A stretch of 64,000 nt of DNA from Terriglobia bacterium (lineage in GTDB: Bacteria; Acidobacteriota; Terriglobia; UBA7540; JAPUME01), in assembly GCA_963555835.3 (NCBI GenBank), contig CAUVWZ020000001.1, positions 825,540-889,539 on the forward strand, given 5' to 3'. The notes beneath the pieces are model-generated. The model made no database searches. It was not told the origin of the DNA and saw only the letters and a program-made list of their open reading frames with translations. The position numbers and the translations under genes are program-made. Below are positions 47,139 through 58,739 of the stretch, piece by piece (position 1 is the stretch's first letter; each line of letters begins with the position of its first letter).

Positions 47139-48842
47139 CTATCCGGGGCGCAACCGCCGCGTCTCGAGCTCACCTGCCGCCCGCTCGATTCTAACATCCG
47201 TCATTTCCCTTGTCGAGCGGTCCAGGATTTCCGTCAAACCCTTCTCGAATTTCTTCCGCCCCAGGGTCAATCGATAAGGAACACCCGTGAGGTCGGCATC
47301 CTTGAACTTCACACCCGGCCGCTCATCCCGGTCGTCGTATAACACATCGATCCCGCGCGAGCGCATCTCCTCATAGAGCTTGTCCCCGGCTTCCCGCAGC
47401 GCTGCAATTTCCATATTCGTCACCGTCAGGATTACCTCAAAGGGCGCCACGCTTGCCGGCAGGGCCGTGCCGTCGGCATCTATATTCTGTTCGATGGCAG
47501 CGGTGAGAATCCTCTCCAGGCCGATCCCGTAAGAACCCATGTAGAGGCTTACCTGCTTGCCTGCGCGGTCGAGAACCCGGGCGCCCATGGTGTCCGAGTA
47601 GCGAGTGCCGAGCTGGAAAACATGTCCGATTTCAATGGACTTGGAGACCTTCAACCGAAGACCGCAAAGGATGCAAAGATCACCATCCACCACCTCGTGC
47701 AGGTCGTGATATTCGGCCTTGAAATCCTTTCCGGGAGTGACGTAGCGCAGGTGCGTGTCTTTCTGATTCGCCCCCGAAATCATGTTCCGGCGGCCCTCGA
47801 GGCCCGCCTCGGCAATGATTCGGACACCCTTTAGTTTGACGGGGCCCACAAATCCAAGCGGACCGCCCAAATAACGCTCCGCCTCTTCCGGCGTCGCAGG
47901 CCGGAATACGTCGGTCCCCAGAACCTCCGCCAGCTTCGATTCGCTCAATTGGCGATCGCCCCGTAGGAGCAGCAGTACCGGCTTGTCCTCCGCAACGTAC
48001 AACAGCGATTTGATGAACCGGGCGGCCACCTCCCCGGTGAATTTCACCATATCTTCAATCGTACGCTGCCCCGGGGTAGGAAACGGTTCCGGCGAATGCT
48101 GGGAGGAATCGTCTTCGACCGGAGAGGGGCGTGAGGTTGCCTTCTCCCGATTGGCCGCATACCCGCAGGAGCACAGCACGACCCAATCTTCTCCCGCGTC
48201 GCTCAGGACCATGAATTCATGAGAAAGCTTTCCGCCCATCGCCCCCGATGATGCCTCCACGATCTTGTACTTCAACCCGCAACGCTCAAAGATGCGGCAG
48301 TAAGCATCGTAGTGTTTCTTGTAGCTGACCTCCATGGCCGCCGGGTCGAGATCAAAGGAATAGGAATCCTTCATGATGAACTGCCTCATGCGCAGCAGGC
48401 CGGACTTGGGGCGCGGCTCGTCGCGGAACTTTTCCTGGATTTGGTACCAGATTTGAGGCAGTTGGCGGTAGGAACGCAGCTCCCTGCGGGCGATGTCGGT
48501 CATGCCCTCTTCATGCGTGATGCCCAGGCAAAGATCGCGCTGGTTGCGGTCCTTCAGCCGGAACATGATTTGACCCACCTGGTCCCAGCGCCCGCTCTCC
48601 TGCCAGAGTTCCGCCGGATTCAGAGCCGGCAAGTAAAACTCCTGCGCGCCGATCGCGTCCATCTCTTCCCGGACGATCCGCGTAATCTTCAGGAAAGATC
48701 GCTGCGCCAAATAAAGATAAACGTAGATGCCGGAAGCGATCTGCCGCACGTACCCGGCTCTCAAGAGCAGCTTATGGCTGGGTGCTTCCGCCTCCGCCGG
48801 CACTTCGCGCAAGGTGGGAATAAAAAGTTTGCTCCAACGCAT
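47139..48842 (-). CDS. proS: Proline--tRNA ligase (bacterial type with editing insertion)
   Basis: 567-aa ORF starting MRWSKLFIPTLREVPAEAE..., with class II motifs (FRDE.RPR, GxGxGxxR-type GSYGIGLERI). Confidence 0.92.
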   Translation of the reverse strand: MRWSKLFIPTLREVPAEAEAPSHKLLLRAGYVRQIASGIYVYLYLAQRSFLKITRIVREEMDAIGAQEFYLPALNPAELWQESGRWDQVGQIMFRLKDRNQRDLCLGITHEEGMTDIARRELRSYRQLPQIWYQIQEKFRDEPRPKSGLLRMRQFIMKDSYSFDLDPAAMEVSYKKHYDAYCRIFERCGLKYKIVEASSGAMGGKLSHEFMVLSDAGEDWVVLCSCGYAANREKATSRPSPVEDDSSQHSPEPFPTPGQRTIEDMVKFTGEVAARFIKSLLYVAEDKPVLLLLRGDRQLSESKLAEVLGTDVFRPATPEEAERYLGGPLGFVGPVKLKGVRIIAEAGLEGRRNMISGANQKDTHLRYVTPGKDFKAEYHDLHEVVDGDLCILCGLRLKVSKSIEIGHVFQLGTRYSDTMGARVLDRAGKQVSLYMGSYGIGLERILTAAIEQNIDADGTALPASVAPFEVILTVTNMEIAALREAGDKLYEEMRSRGIDVLYDDRDERPGVKFKDADLTGVPYRLTLGRKKFEKGLTEILDRSTREMTDVRIERAAGELETRRLRPG

Positions 48843-49107
48843 TCAGGATTTATTCAGTCACTTTCATTTATTTTCAATTTACCCCGTTTCCCACCGGCCA
48901 ATGTGGGATGTGGGAACATCTTGCGCTGAAAATGTCCACGGCGGTACCGCATCCGCCGAGATTCGCATTGTTCAGGAGAAGCGCATCTGTTGTCAAGCCA
49001 GGCGATATTTCCGTTGGATCGTCGAGCGCCTCCTGGTGAATGGGTTCAGCCGGTTCGGGAAATCCAGTTGCCAGGTCTCGGAGGCTCACGTAAAATCGAA
49101 TAGGATC

Positions 49108-49563
49108 ATGGCATCTGAGAAAATTCCGATCGCTCTGGGCGCCGACCACGCCGGATACCGGCTGAAGGAGCGACTGCGCGCCTATTTGAGCGACAAAGGC
49201 TATCAGGTCGAAGACCTCGGCACTCATTCCGAGCAGTCCGCCGATTACCCTGACTTTGCCGCCAGGGTCGCCGAACAGGTTCAGGCGCAAAAAGCGAAAT
49301 TCGGCGTGCTGGTCTGCGGAACGGGAATCGGCATGGCCATGGCAGCCAACAAGATGCCGGGGATTCGGGCCTCGGCCTGCAATGATACGCTCGCAGCCTT
49401 GTTGAGCCGTTCCCACAATGATGCGAACATACTCACTCTGGGAAGCCGCACCGTCGATGAGCCTACGGCCAGAAAAATCCTCGACGTTTGGCTCTCAACA
49501 CCCTTTGCCGGAGGACGTCACCAGAGCCGCGTCCGAAAGATCCAGAAACTTGAAAATCATTAA
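49108..49563 (+). CDS. rpiB: Ribose-5-phosphate isomerase B
   Basis: Start at ATG 49108 ([21 protein letters not shown]...), with [13 protein letters not shown] and the RpiB/LacAB pattern. The upstream part of track ORF 48727.. is rejected. Confidence 0.9.
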   Translation: MASEKIPIALGADHAGYRLKERLRAYLSDKGYQVEDLGTHSEQSADYPDFAARVAEQVQAQKAKFGVLVCGTGIGMAMAANKMPGIRASACNDTLAALLSRSHNDANILTLGSRTVDEPTARKILDVWLSTPFAGGRHQSRVRKIQKLENH

Positions 49564-49577
49564 ATTACGGAGAAGGC

Positions 49578-50873
49578 ATGATGAGTTCTGATCTTCCCCC
49601 TCGCCTGCGTTCGTTGCAGGCCGTCGACCCCGATATCGCACAGGCCATCGAGAGCGAAGTCGAGCGCCAAGCTTCAACGCTGGAGCTGATCGCCTCGGAG
49701 AACTTCGTCAGCGAAGCCGTCCTCGAAGCTGCCGGGTCGGTGATGACCAACAAGTACGCCGAAGGATTGCCGGGTCGGCGTTACTACGGGGGCTGTGAAT
49801 TCGTGGATCAGGCCGAGACGCTCGCCATCGAGCGCGCAAAGAAGCTCTTCGGGGCCGAACACGCGAACGTCCAGGCGCATTCCGGCAGCCAGGCCAATAT
49901 GGCCGTCTATATTACCGTCATGAAACCGGGCGAGACGATGCTGGGCATGGACCTGGCACACGGCGGCCACCTCACCCACGGCCACCGCTTGAATTTTTCC
50001 GGCAAGACCTTCCACATCGTAAGCTACGGCGTGCGACGCGACATCGAAACCATCGACTACGACGAGTTGGAACGCATCGCCATCGAGCAGAAGCCCCGTC
50101 TGATTGTAGCCGGTGCCAGCGCCTACCCGCGCAGGCTCGACTTCGAGCGTTTCGCCGCCATCGCCGGGAAAGCCGGCGCGTTATTGATGGTCGATATGGC
50201 GCACATCGCCGGACTGGTCGCGGCCGGGGTTCACCCGAGTCCGTTCCCGCATGCGGACTTCGTCACCACCACGACACACAAGACCCTGCGCGGACCGCGC
50301 GGTGGAGCGGTTTTCTGCCGGGCGGAAAATGCCAAGAAGATCGACAAGGTGGTCTTCCCCGGCATTCAGGGTGGCCCGCTGATGCATGTGATCGCCGCCA
50401 AGGCCGTCTGCTTCCGGGAAGCCTTGCTGCCTGAGTTCGGCGACTACCAGCGACAAATCGTCGCCAATGCCAAAGTGCTGGCCGACACGCTGCAAGCCGC
50501 AGGCTTCCGGCTGGTTTCCGGTGGAACCGACACCCACCTGCTGCTGGTCGATGTCGCCTCACGCGGCCTCACCGGCAAACAGGCCGAGAAATCCCTCGAG
50601 CAGGCCGGCATCACCGTCAACAAGAACGCCATCCCCTTCGACACCCATCCCCCCATGGTGGCCAGCGGCATCCGCATCGGCACGCCTGCTGTGACCACTC
50701 GCGGCCTGAAGGAGCCGGAAATTCGTCAGGTTGGTCAATGGATTTCGACCGTGCTGGGGGACCCCGAAAACGAGTCAATCATTCGACGCGTCCGGGGCGA
50801 GGTGGAAGAGCTTACCGAGAAATTCCCACTGTATGAAAACCGCCGCACTGCGGTGGCGCAGCGGTCCGTCTAA
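49578..50873 (+). CDS. glyA: Serine hydroxymethyltransferase
   Basis: 431-aa ORF with LIASENF, GGHLTHG and the PLP-lysine context [14 protein letters not shown]. Confidence 0.95.
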   Translation: MMSSDLPPRLRSLQAVDPDIAQAIESEVERQASTLELIASENFVSEAVLEAAGSVMTNKYAEGLPGRRYYGGCEFVDQAETLAIERAKKLFGAEHANVQAHSGSQANMAVYITVMKPGETMLGMDLAHGGHLTHGHRLNFSGKTFHIVSYGVRRDIETIDYDELERIAIEQKPRLIVAGASAYPRRLDFERFAAIAGKAGALLMVDMAHIAGLVAAGVHPSPFPHADFVTTTTHKTLRGPRGGAVFCRAENAKKIDKVVFPGIQGGPLMHVIAAKAVCFREALLPEFGDYQRQIVANAKVLADTLQAAGFRLVSGGTDTHLLLVDVASRGLTGKQAEKSLEQAGITVNKNAIPFDTHPPMVASGIRIGTPAVTTRGLKEPEIRQVGQWISTVLGDPENESIIRRVRGEVEELTEKFPLYENRRTAVAQRSV

Positions 50874-50898
50874 ATCCACTCGTGGATAGGTTTCCCTA

Positions 50899-52657
50899 TC
50901 AATTCGGAATCGGCAGGTCCAGCAGCAGGGCGCGCGTAAAGCGGACAGGCGGGGAGCCGAACGACAGCAGCTTATCGTGGTAGCTCTTGAGAGAAAAATC
51001 GTCACCCCAGGCTTTTTCGACTTCATTCCTCAAATCAACGTGCTCCAGGTAGCCGACAAAGTAGGTTGAAAGTTGCGCCGAGGTCAACTGTGCACGAACC
51101 CACTTCGTGGCGGCTTCACGCTCTTCCTGAAAGGTGTCTTCGATCATCAACTCCAGAGCCTCTTCCCGCGTCATGTCGCCGGCATGAATCGCCTGGTCCA
51201 TTAGGGCGTTTGCAATCCCGCGCAGGTACCACTTATGAACGATTAGCTCCATCAGGCGGTTGCCATCCAGATAGCCCTGTTCCACCATCACGTGTTCGGC
51301 GTAAACGGCCCAGCCTTCAACAAAGACGCCCGAGGAAAGCACTGCCCTGAGAGCGGTTCGAGTGCGCCAGCTGCAGGTAGTGACCCGGCATCGCTTCGTG
51401 GACCGTCAGGTTGCGGAGGGAATAGAGGTTGTACTCACGAAGGTAGGATTGCACCTGCTCGGAGGTCCAATCGGCGGGCAGCGGGGCGACGGCGTAAAAG
51501 GTCTTCTGGCCAACGTCCAAGGGCCCCGGCGAGTCGCAGTAAGCCAGGGCGATGCCCCGCTGAAACCCGGGCATTACGATGATTTCAATCGGGTCATCAG
51601 GCACGGTTACGAGCTTCGCCTTGCGGACAAACTCCGTTGCCTCGCGGAGCTGATCGGTTGCAATCTCGACGATCCTTTCGGAATCGGGGAGCTCGCGGTA
51701 GGCGACTTCCAGCGCGGCTCGGATGATTGCCTGCTTGTAGGCTTCGTCCGGAGTATCAGGAAACTTCGTGTACTCATATTCCTTCTTGTAAACCCCCTTC
51801 GCAATCTCATACATCTCATCACGTATACGCTTCAGCTCGCTTTCGGCGCGAGTGCGAATCTGGGGCCGCGTGAGTGGAGAGTTCAGGGTAAAGGCAAGCT
51901 TTTTGTCATAAATCTCAGCGCCGAGGCGAAAATTGCCCGCGGCCCTCGGTAAGAGTTCCTCTTCAAGCCACCTCTGATGGGTATCTACCGCGCCGCGAGC
52001 CATCTCCATCGCCTCTTCCAGACGTCGTCGGTCTTCCTGAGACAGTTGGTCCAGGTGCGGCTTGACCATGTTGTCGAGTATCGATAGGACGCCACGATTC
52101 TGCCTGACGGCGGTCTCGGCATGAATTCTTGGCACACGGGAGGGAACGAGAGTCGCCCGAATCTGTTCGAGTAGCCGAGGAAACTGTTCGAGGCGGTCTG
52201 CAACGTGGCCCAACCGCTCGGGCAGCGGGGCGAAATCGCGGGCCAAGAGTCCGTAGAGAGCCCCACCCGTGAGGCGCGTATATCTCATTGGATTCCAGAC
52301 CCACTCCTTGAGCTCCTCAAGCCGCCACAGGTCGGCGCGCAGTTCCTGCTCCAGAAGTGCTGCGTCCACCTGGTTCGCGCGGGAGAGGGTGTCTCGGTCG
52401 AGGCGGCCCAACTGCTCCAGATATTTCCGAAGAAACGCAGCTCGACGCACCCGCGCCTCACTGCTCACCTGATTCAGCTCACCGTCGAAGCGATGATCGC
52501 CGAGCGATGTGGCCGATACCGGGGACAGCGCAGGAAACTCATCTACATATTGTTGGGCCAGCCGCTCGAACTCTGTATCCACAGCGGAAGGCATCATGGC
52601 AAAGGTTGTTCCTATCAATAAAATTCCACCAACGATGACACTAAGCGCCTTCATCAT
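50899..52657 (-). pseudogene. DUF885-family (metallopeptidase-like) gene split by a single frameshift
   Basis: ORF 51317..52657 ends ...NLTVHEAMPGHYLQLAHSNRSQGSAFLGRLC-stop. The +1 frame continues ALRAVLSSGVFVEGWAVYAEHVM... (ORF 50899..51342). HEAxPGH followed by EGWAxYxE is the contiguous DUF885 core. Confidence 0.7.
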
Positions 52658-52925
52658 ATCCTCCCATCATTGTTAAGCAGGGGCATCCGCGGGCTTCGCA
52701 CTCTGCCGTCACCCTGGCGCAAATTTAGATTAACCTATCTTCTTTTGGATTCACTAATCAAGAAGGACTCGGGCAGGAGTTGCCGGGGGATCCATCGTAG
52801 GTAGCGCAGGACCCGTAGTTTTGTACTGCGGTTTGAGGCGGCCGCGATGGAACGAGGTACCCCCACTACGGTTCCGCGCTACCTGGCTGGTTGGGAGTCG
52901 GGAAGTCGTTTCCCGTTCGATCTTT

Positions 52926-54101
52926 TCAATCTTTCTCGGCCACCCGGCGCCGAATGTAGGCGGGAACCTCCAGGTCGTCGGCGGGAATCTCCGCGGTCAC
53001 CTGCGCCAGGTTCGTCTCGACGGGAAGCTTTTCCTTCCGCGCCATCACGCTTCTCACGGTCTGGCGGGCGCTGTGCAGCGCCGAAGTGTTGCTGGCCTGC
53101 GAAAAACGGATCCGGTCGGTCTTGTACCCGGTGGCGATGACGGTGATCTTGATATGGTCTTTCATCGACTCATCGTGAACGGCGCCGAAAATGACGTTGG
53201 CATTTTCCGCCGCTGCCTGATGGATGATCGTCGAGGCCTCATTGACCTCGTGCAGGGTCAGGTTGGACGATCCTGTGATATTCAGCAGGATGCCCTGCGC
53301 TCCCTGGATGGAAGCGTCTTCGAGCAACGGAGAGGAGATGGCCCGGGCAGCGGCCTCTGCGGCGCGCTTCGGGCCCTTGGCTTTGGCGGTCCCCATCACC
53401 GCGTGGCCCATGCCTTCCATGATCGTCTTGATGTCGGCGAAGTCGCGGTTGATGATGCCGGTAATGGTGATGATGTCGGAGATTCCCTGAACGGCCTGTC
53501 GCAGGATGTCGTCGGCAATCCGGAAAGCTTCAAAGAAGCTCGTGCCGCGGTCGACGAACTCGAGCAGGCGCTCATTCGGGATGGAGATCACCGTGTCCAC
53601 CGCCTCGGCCAGTTCCGCCAAACCCTGTTCGGCTTGCAGAGCTCGCCGGCGCCCCTCAAAAGTAAAGGGACGAGTGACGACGGCTACGGTCAGGGCTCCG
53701 AGTTCCCGCGCCAGGCTTGCAACGATGGGAGCGGCTCCCGTACCTGTGCCGCCGCCCAGACCCGCCGTGACGAAGACCATGTCCGCGCCTTCGAGGACTT
53801 CGATGATTTTTTCTGTGTCCTCGAGCGCCGCCCGCCGGCCGATTTCCGGATTGGACCCCGCGCCCAATCCTTTCGTCAGCTTGGCGCCGAGCTGAATCTT
53901 TACCGGCGCGTCGGAATTTCCCAGGGCCTGGAGATCGGTATTGGCAACCAGGAACTCAACCCCTTCGACACGGGCGGCAATCATGCGGTCGATCGCATTG
54001 CCTCCGCCTCCGCCCACGCCGACGACACGAATCTTGGCGTTATGGCGGGGTTGCTCGGAGAAGTCCACCCGCAAAGGGCTATCCTGCGTTTGTCTTTTCA
54101 T
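52926..54101 (-). CDS. ftsZ: Cell division protein FtsZ
   Basis: 391-aa ORF with the tubulin signature [13 protein letters not shown], plus NTDLQAL and a C-terminal [11 protein letters not shown] peptide. Confidence 0.95.
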   Translation of the reverse strand: MKRQTQDSPLRVDFSEQPRHNAKIRVVGVGGGGGNAIDRMIAARVEGVEFLVANTDLQALGNSDAPVKIQLGAKLTKGLGAGSNPEIGRRAALEDTEKIIEVLEGADMVFVTAGLGGGTGTGAAPIVASLARELGALTVAVVTRPFTFEGRRRALQAEQGLAELAEAVDTVISIPNERLLEFVDRGTSFFEAFRIADDILRQAVQGISDIITITGIINRDFADIKTIMEGMGHAVMGTAKAKGPKRAAEAAARAISSPLLEDASIQGAQGILLNITGSSNLTLHEVNEASTIIHQAAAENANVIFGAVHDESMKDHIKITVIATGYKTDRIRFSQASNTSALHSARQTVRSVMARKEKLPVETNLAQVTAEIPADDLEVPAYIRRRVAEKD

Positions 54102-54191
54102 TCATTTTTCTCCCGCCCCTCCCGCATTAGGTTGGAATTCAGTGGTCCCGGGTTGCCCTTCCGCATCCTTCACCCATAGTCACGGGCACCC

Positions 54192-55406
54192 TCAGGCACG
54201 AGCGCGGAACAGGCCGAGAAACTTTTCCCCCAGAGTTTCCTGGCGCACCACCTGCTTTCGCCGCATTCGGTGGGCATAACCGACCAACCCCACCACGGCT
54301 GAGAAAATCGGATCCAAAAGCGCTTCGCCCATCTTGCCGATCCCGCCGGGAATGCCGCGTCGCACGGGCAACGACAAAATCTTTTCCGCCATTTCGATCA
54401 ATCCCTTCAGTTTGGCTCCCCCGCCGGTCAGCACCACCCCGGCGCCCAACTGCCCCTCGATCCCCTGCCGCGCGATTTCCGCTTGAATCATCTCCAGAAG
54501 CTCCGTGGCACGCGGCTCAAGGATTTCCGCAAGTGTAACATAGGGCACCATGCGGCTCGGACGCCCACCGACGCCGCTGACCTCGAGAGCCTCGAAGGAA
54601 GGACGCCCGGATACCGGAAGTCCCCAAGTGCACTTTAACCTTTCTGCTTCCGGAATGGGAGTCCTCAGTCCCACGGCAATGTCATTGGTAAAGTGATCGC
54701 CTCCGACGGGTATGGCCGCCGTGTGGCGGAGCAAGCCCTCCTCGTAGAGAATAATCTCTGCCGTGCTTGCGCCGATGTCCACCAACGCCACGCCCAACTC
54801 TCTGTCGTCGTCCTGCAGGTTCGATTCCGAGGAGGCCATCTGTTCGAGCACGGTACCGAGAATATAGATACCGGCACGGTTGGCGGCTGTGACCACATTC
54901 TGAAGCGCGGCCGCCGACGCCGTCACCAGATGGACATTGACCTCCAGGTTTCGCCCTACCATGCCCACCGGATCGTGAATTCCGTTCTGCGCATCCAGCA
55001 AATACTCCTGGGGGAAAACGTGCACGATCTGTTGGTCGGGAGGAAGCGAAACTCCCTGCGCCCTCTGAACGACACGGTCGACATCCTCGCGAGTAATCTC
55101 CCGGCGATGAGGTCCCAGGGTCAGTCCACCCTGCGCATTCACGCCCCGGATGTGCGTTCCCGCAATACCGACGTAGGCCGATTCAACCGTCGCCCTCGCC
55201 TTCGTTTCAGCTTCCTCCACCGCCTGCCGAATCGAGGCCACGGCGGCGTCCAGATTGACGATGTTCCCCCGCCGCCAACCCTTCGACTCGGACACCCCAA
55301 CGCCGGCCACCTCCAGGCGGCTCCCACCGGCCATCCGGCAAATCAGCGCACAGGTCTTGCTGCTGCCGATATCGAGTCCGACGACGATGTCTTCTTTTTT
55401 CGCCAA
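54192..55406 (-). CDS. ftsA: Cell division protein FtsA
   Basis: The likely TTG start at 55406 (LAKKEDIVVGLDIGSSKTCALI) is preceded by GGGGGA. It has the actin-like ATPase fold pattern. The longer track ORF would overlap ftsQ. Confidence 0.9.
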   Translation of the reverse strand: MAKKEDIVVGLDIGSSKTCALICRMAGGSRLEVAGVGVSESKGWRRGNIVNLDAAVASIRQAVEEAETKARATVESAYVGIAGTHIRGVNAQGGLTLGPHRREITREDVDRVVQRAQGVSLPPDQQIVHVFPQEYLLDAQNGIHDPVGMVGRNLEVNVHLVTASAAALQNVVTAANRAGIYILGTVLEQMASSESNLQDDDRELGVALVDIGASTAEIILYEEGLLRHTAAIPVGGDHFTNDIAVGLRTPIPEAERLKCTWGLPVSGRPSFEALEVSGVGGRPSRMVPYVTLAEILEPRATELLEMIQAEIARQGIEGQLGAGVVLTGGGAKLKGLIEMAEKILSLPVRRGIPGGIGKMGEALLDPIFSAVVGLVGYAHRMRRKQVVRQETLGEKFLGLFRARA

Positions 55407-55444
55407 CGATTCCCCCAACGAAGTGGAGCGGCGCGATGGCCCGC

Positions 55445-56290
55445 TCAGAATTTCGGATTTACGACGATCTGATTCTTGAACCTCAAATCCACGGATCGGA
55501 TCGCCACCTGCGTGGGCCCAACTCGGGAGATAAAATTCAGGAAATTGCGAAAGCGGCGGGCGAAATCCTCCCGCCCGAAATGAACCAGAATACTTTCGGA
55601 TCCCGCGACCAGCAAGGCCTTCAAATCTTCGAGGTCGGATACATTCACCTCGGAGACCGACCATTCACTCTGGGGGACGCTTTCCCAGCCTCCAATAAAT
55701 TCCTCGTAAAGACGGAGGCGACCTCGGCGCTCCCCTTCGGCCCCCGAGCCATTCCAGCCCGTCAGGACGGGAAAGTCAAAAGACGACCCCCGGGGCGTTT
55801 CCAGCACGACTCCCGCGTCGTCCATCAGCTTGATGCGGTCAGCCACCCGCACGAATGCCACCGGCTCCCTTTCCTGAATCCACACTCCCAACCCGTTCGG
55901 AAGGAGGCGCGCCAGGGAGGCTCCCCGAACCCAGTCAATCTCCTCCAGTTGTCGGCGACGAGATTCGAGGGAAAAGTCGAAAAGACTTCCCATGCCCCGC
56001 AAATCCAAATTCTCCAATATCTCTCCCCGTGTGACATAACGATTCCCCTGCACCCGCACCCCGGAGGAGGAAAACTGGAAAGGGCCAAAGGGATCAGGGT
56101 GTGTCATCTGAAACCAGTAGGCCCCCCCCGCGCTGCTTACCAGGACGAGCAGGAGAAGTAAAATCCACTTCCCCAATCTCCTTGCGCGGCGGGGCTTTCG
56201 GCGCCTGCGAATCACCCCGGCCCGTTGGCGGCGTAGATAGGGCGAATCGGAAGGGTCGGCTTGTCGAAAGTCCAGGGTCTTTGTCGCCAT
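55445..56290 (-). CDS. ftsQ: Cell division protein FtsQ (POTRA domain)
   Basis: 281-aa ORF with an N-terminal basic tail, a single TM helix (WILLLLLVLVSSAGGAYWF) and POTRA-like/FtsQ pattern. It sits between murB and ftsA. Confidence 0.8.
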   Translation of the reverse strand: MATKTLDFRQADPSDSPYLRRQRAGVIRRRRKPRRARRLGKWILLLLLVLVSSAGGAYWFQMTHPDPFGPFQFSSSGVRVQGNRYVTRGEILENLDLRGMGSLFDFSLESRRRQLEEIDWVRGASLARLLPNGLGVWIQEREPVAFVRVADRIKLMDDAGVVLETPRGSSFDFPVLTGWNGSGAEGERRGRLRLYEEFIGGWESVPQSEWSVSEVNVSDLEDLKALLVAGSESILVHFGREDFARRFRNFLNFISRVGPTQVAIRSVDLRFKNQIVVNPKF

Positions 56291-56329
56291 TGCTCTCGCT
56301 TGCGTTTCCCGGCGAAGAACACCCGATCT

Positions 56330-57253
56330 TCAAGGGCTCTCGCGCCAGACGATAACCTCCTCTTCGAGTTCTACCCCGAACGAATTCCCTACCCTCTCCC
56401 GCATGACGTCCATCAGACGGAAGATATCACTCGCTGTGGCCCCTTGACGATTGACAATGAAATTCGCATGCCGATCCGAGATCATCGCACCGCCCATGCG
56501 CATTCCCTTCATCCCCAGATCGTCGATCATTTTACCGGTCGAATAGCCGGGGGGATTCTTGAAGATACAGCCGGCGCTTTTTTCACTGATCGGTTGTGAA
56601 GCGCGGCGTTTCTGGTTGCACTGTTTGATTCTCTCAACGATTCGCTCATAAGGACGCTCGATCAATTCGAGCGTCACCGATAGCATAATGTCATCGGCCG
56701 CAAAGGAAGTCTGCCGGTACTCGAAACGGATTCCCTCCGGCTTCAACACTTCGATTTCGCCCGTCGAGCCTCGAAACACCTTGACCGCCTTGACGAATTC
56801 CCCGATCTGGGTTCCGTAAGCGCCGGCATTCATATGGAGCGCTCCGCCGACCGTACCCGGCACGCCGACCAATCCCGCAATGCCTCCCAGGTTGTTTTTC
56901 GCGCACCGTGTCACCGCGGTGCCCAGACTGGCCGCTGCCGAAATTTCCACCCGAGGGCCATCGAAGAGAACCCCGTTTCTTTCCGGCGCAAGCTGCAGTG
57001 CAATCGAACGCAACCCCTCGTCTCTCACCAGAAGATTGGAACCGCCTCCGAGCAAGCGCCAGGGGATTCCCTTGCTCCGGAAAAAATGGACCACGTCCGG
57101 AAGACACTGCGGGTCCTCGATCACAACCACGTCCACCGGCCCCCCGACCGCCAGGGAAGTCAGCTCACTCATACGCTGCCCCGGCTTCCACCGGACGGGA
57201 AACGCTTCCAAATCTTTCGCAAGTTGTGCTCGGTTGTTCATGGCGCCGGTCAT
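56330..57253 (-). CDS. murB: UDP-N-acetylenolpyruvoylglucosamine reductase
   Basis: 307-aa ORF with the FAD-binding block LGGGSNLLV and C-terminal MurB blocks (SAGCIFKNP, GGAMISDRHANFIVN). ATGA overlap with the murC stop. Confidence 0.9.
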   Translation of the reverse strand: MTGAMNNRAQLAKDLEAFPVRWKPGQRMSELTSLAVGGPVDVVVIEDPQCLPDVVHFFRSKGIPWRLLGGGSNLLVRDEGLRSIALQLAPERNGVLFDGPRVEISAAASLGTAVTRCAKNNLGGIAGLVGVPGTVGGALHMNAGAYGTQIGEFVKAVKVFRGSTGEIEVLKPEGIRFEYRQTSFAADDIMLSVTLELIERPYERIVERIKQCNQKRRASQPISEKSAGCIFKNPPGYSTGKMIDDLGMKGMRMGGAMISDRHANFIVNRQGATASDIFRLMDVMRERVGNSFGVELEEEVIVWRESP

Positions 57254-58725
57254 TTCCTCGACACCTTTTCAGCGGAATGCGCAAACTCAAAGGCTTTCAC
57301 AAGCTGAGAGGCGATTTTCGAAATGCTGCCTGCACCCATGGTCACAATCAGGTCGCCCGGCTGCGCCTCCCGCACGATGCGGTCGATCAATTCTGCGCTT
57401 TCGGGCGCATACGTCACCGAACCCGCGCCGTTCGAGCGCATTTGATCGACCAGCCGTTCCGCGTTGACCCCCGGAAGCGGCGTTTCACTGGCCGGGTAGA
57501 TGTCGAGCACGTCGACGCGTGCGCAGCCTTTGAACGCGCGCGAAAACTCGTCCATCAGTTGCGCTGTCCGCGTGTAGCGGTGCGGTTCAAAGACGGCCCA
57601 CAAGCGTCGCGGATTCCGCAGCAGGACGGCCTCAATCGTAGCCCGGATTTCCGAGGGGTGATGGCAGTAGTCATCCACCAGCGTGACCCCGTCGAAGACT
57701 CCGGTAATCTGCAGACGCCGGTCCACACCCGTAAAAGCCTCCAGTCCCCGACGAATTTTATCGAAGGGGATTCTCAACTCCAGGCCCACCGCCACCGCTG
57801 CAAGGGAATTCAATACGTTGTGCCTGCCGGGGACACGAAGGCTTAGCGAGCCGCGCATTCCCTCTTCCATCAAGACATCGAAGGTGGAACCTTCTCCCTT
57901 CAATTCCAGCTTAACGGCCCTCACCGTGGCATCTTCCTTGAACCCATAGGAAATTATCCTGCGGCTCAAAGGTTTGAGGCGTCCAGCCACGCGGCGAAGC
58001 CTTTCGTCATCGGCGCACAAAATGACAGCGCCTTCCGCCGGAATTTTCCCGGCGAAGGATAGGAAGGCGTCTTCAATCTCATCCATGTCTCGGTAGTGGT
58101 CCAGATGCTCCCGGTCGAGATTGGTAATCACGGCCAGGGTCGGCTCCAGGTGAAGGAAGGAACCGTCGCTTTCGTCGGCCTCCACAACCATCAAGCGGCC
58201 CTTGCCCAGCCGGGCGTTGCTGCCGAAAGCGTCCAGCCGCCCGCCGATCACCGCCGTCGGGTCGAGACCGGCCGAAGCCAACAATACCGCCACCATCGAG
58301 CTCACGGTCGTTTTGCCGTGAGCGCCGGCAACGGCGATGCTCTCCTTGAGTTTCATCAACTCGGCCAGCATCTCGGCGCGGGGAATCACCTGCAACCCAA
58401 GGCGACGAGCTTCGACAACTTCAGGATTGTCGGGACGAATGGCCGAAGAGGTGACCACCAGAGGGGTGCCGTGGACATGTTCCGGCAGGTGCCCTGCGTG
58501 GAGGGAAGCTCCCAGATTTGCGAGACGGTCCGTCAACGGGGTCAACTTCAGGTCCGACCCGCTTACCGAATACCCAAGCGTCAGCAGGACCTCGGCGATG
58601 CCGCTCATACCGATACCGCCGATTCCCACGAAGTGGATTCGCTGACGTTTCTCTCTTAGCCTTTCCAGGCTCCGAACTGATTCTCCCAAATCGACCCTTC
58701 CCTTCCGGCTGCCGCGCGACGGCAA
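57250..58725 (-). CDS. murC: UDP-N-acetylmuramate--L-alanine ligase
   Basis: 491-aa ORF with HFVGIGGIGMSGIAEVL and GAHGKTT (P-loop), the Mur ligase pattern. Confidence 0.92.
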   Translation of the reverse strand: MPSRGSRKGRVDLGESVRSLERLREKRQRIHFVGIGGIGMSGIAEVLLTLGYSVSGSDLKLTPLTDRLANLGASLHAGHLPEHVHGTPLVVTSSAIRPDNPEVVEARRLGLQVIPRAEMLAELMKLKESIAVAGAHGKTTVSSMVAVLLASAGLDPTAVIGGRLDAFGSNARLGKGRLMVVEADESDGSFLHLEPTLAVITNLDREHLDHYRDMDEIEDAFLSFAGKIPAEGAVILCADDERLRRVAGRLKPLSRRIISYGFKEDATVRAVKLELKGEGSTFDVLMEEGMRGSLSLRVPGRHNVLNSLAAVAVGLELRIPFDKIRRGLEAFTGVDRRLQITGVFDGVTLVDDYCHHPSEIRATIEAVLLRNPRRLWAVFEPHRYTRTAQLMDEFSRAFKGCARVDVLDIYPASETPLPGVNAERLVDQMRSNGAGSVTYAPESAELIDRIVREAQPGDLIVTMGAGSISKIASQLVKAFEFAHSAEKVSRK

Positions 58726-58739
58726 ACGGGGAGAATTCC

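Noticed and set aside
55407-55664. N-terminal extension of the ftsA ORF. Similar 5' extensions affect the track ORFs for the tlpA-like gene (20926-21147), rpiB (48727-49107), TetR (60639-60773) and the BNR protein (60763-60864).
   Set aside because: The extensions overlap neighbouring genes or promoter regions and lack conserved sequence. Internal ATG/GTG/TTG starts with SD-like elements give the family-typical N-termini.
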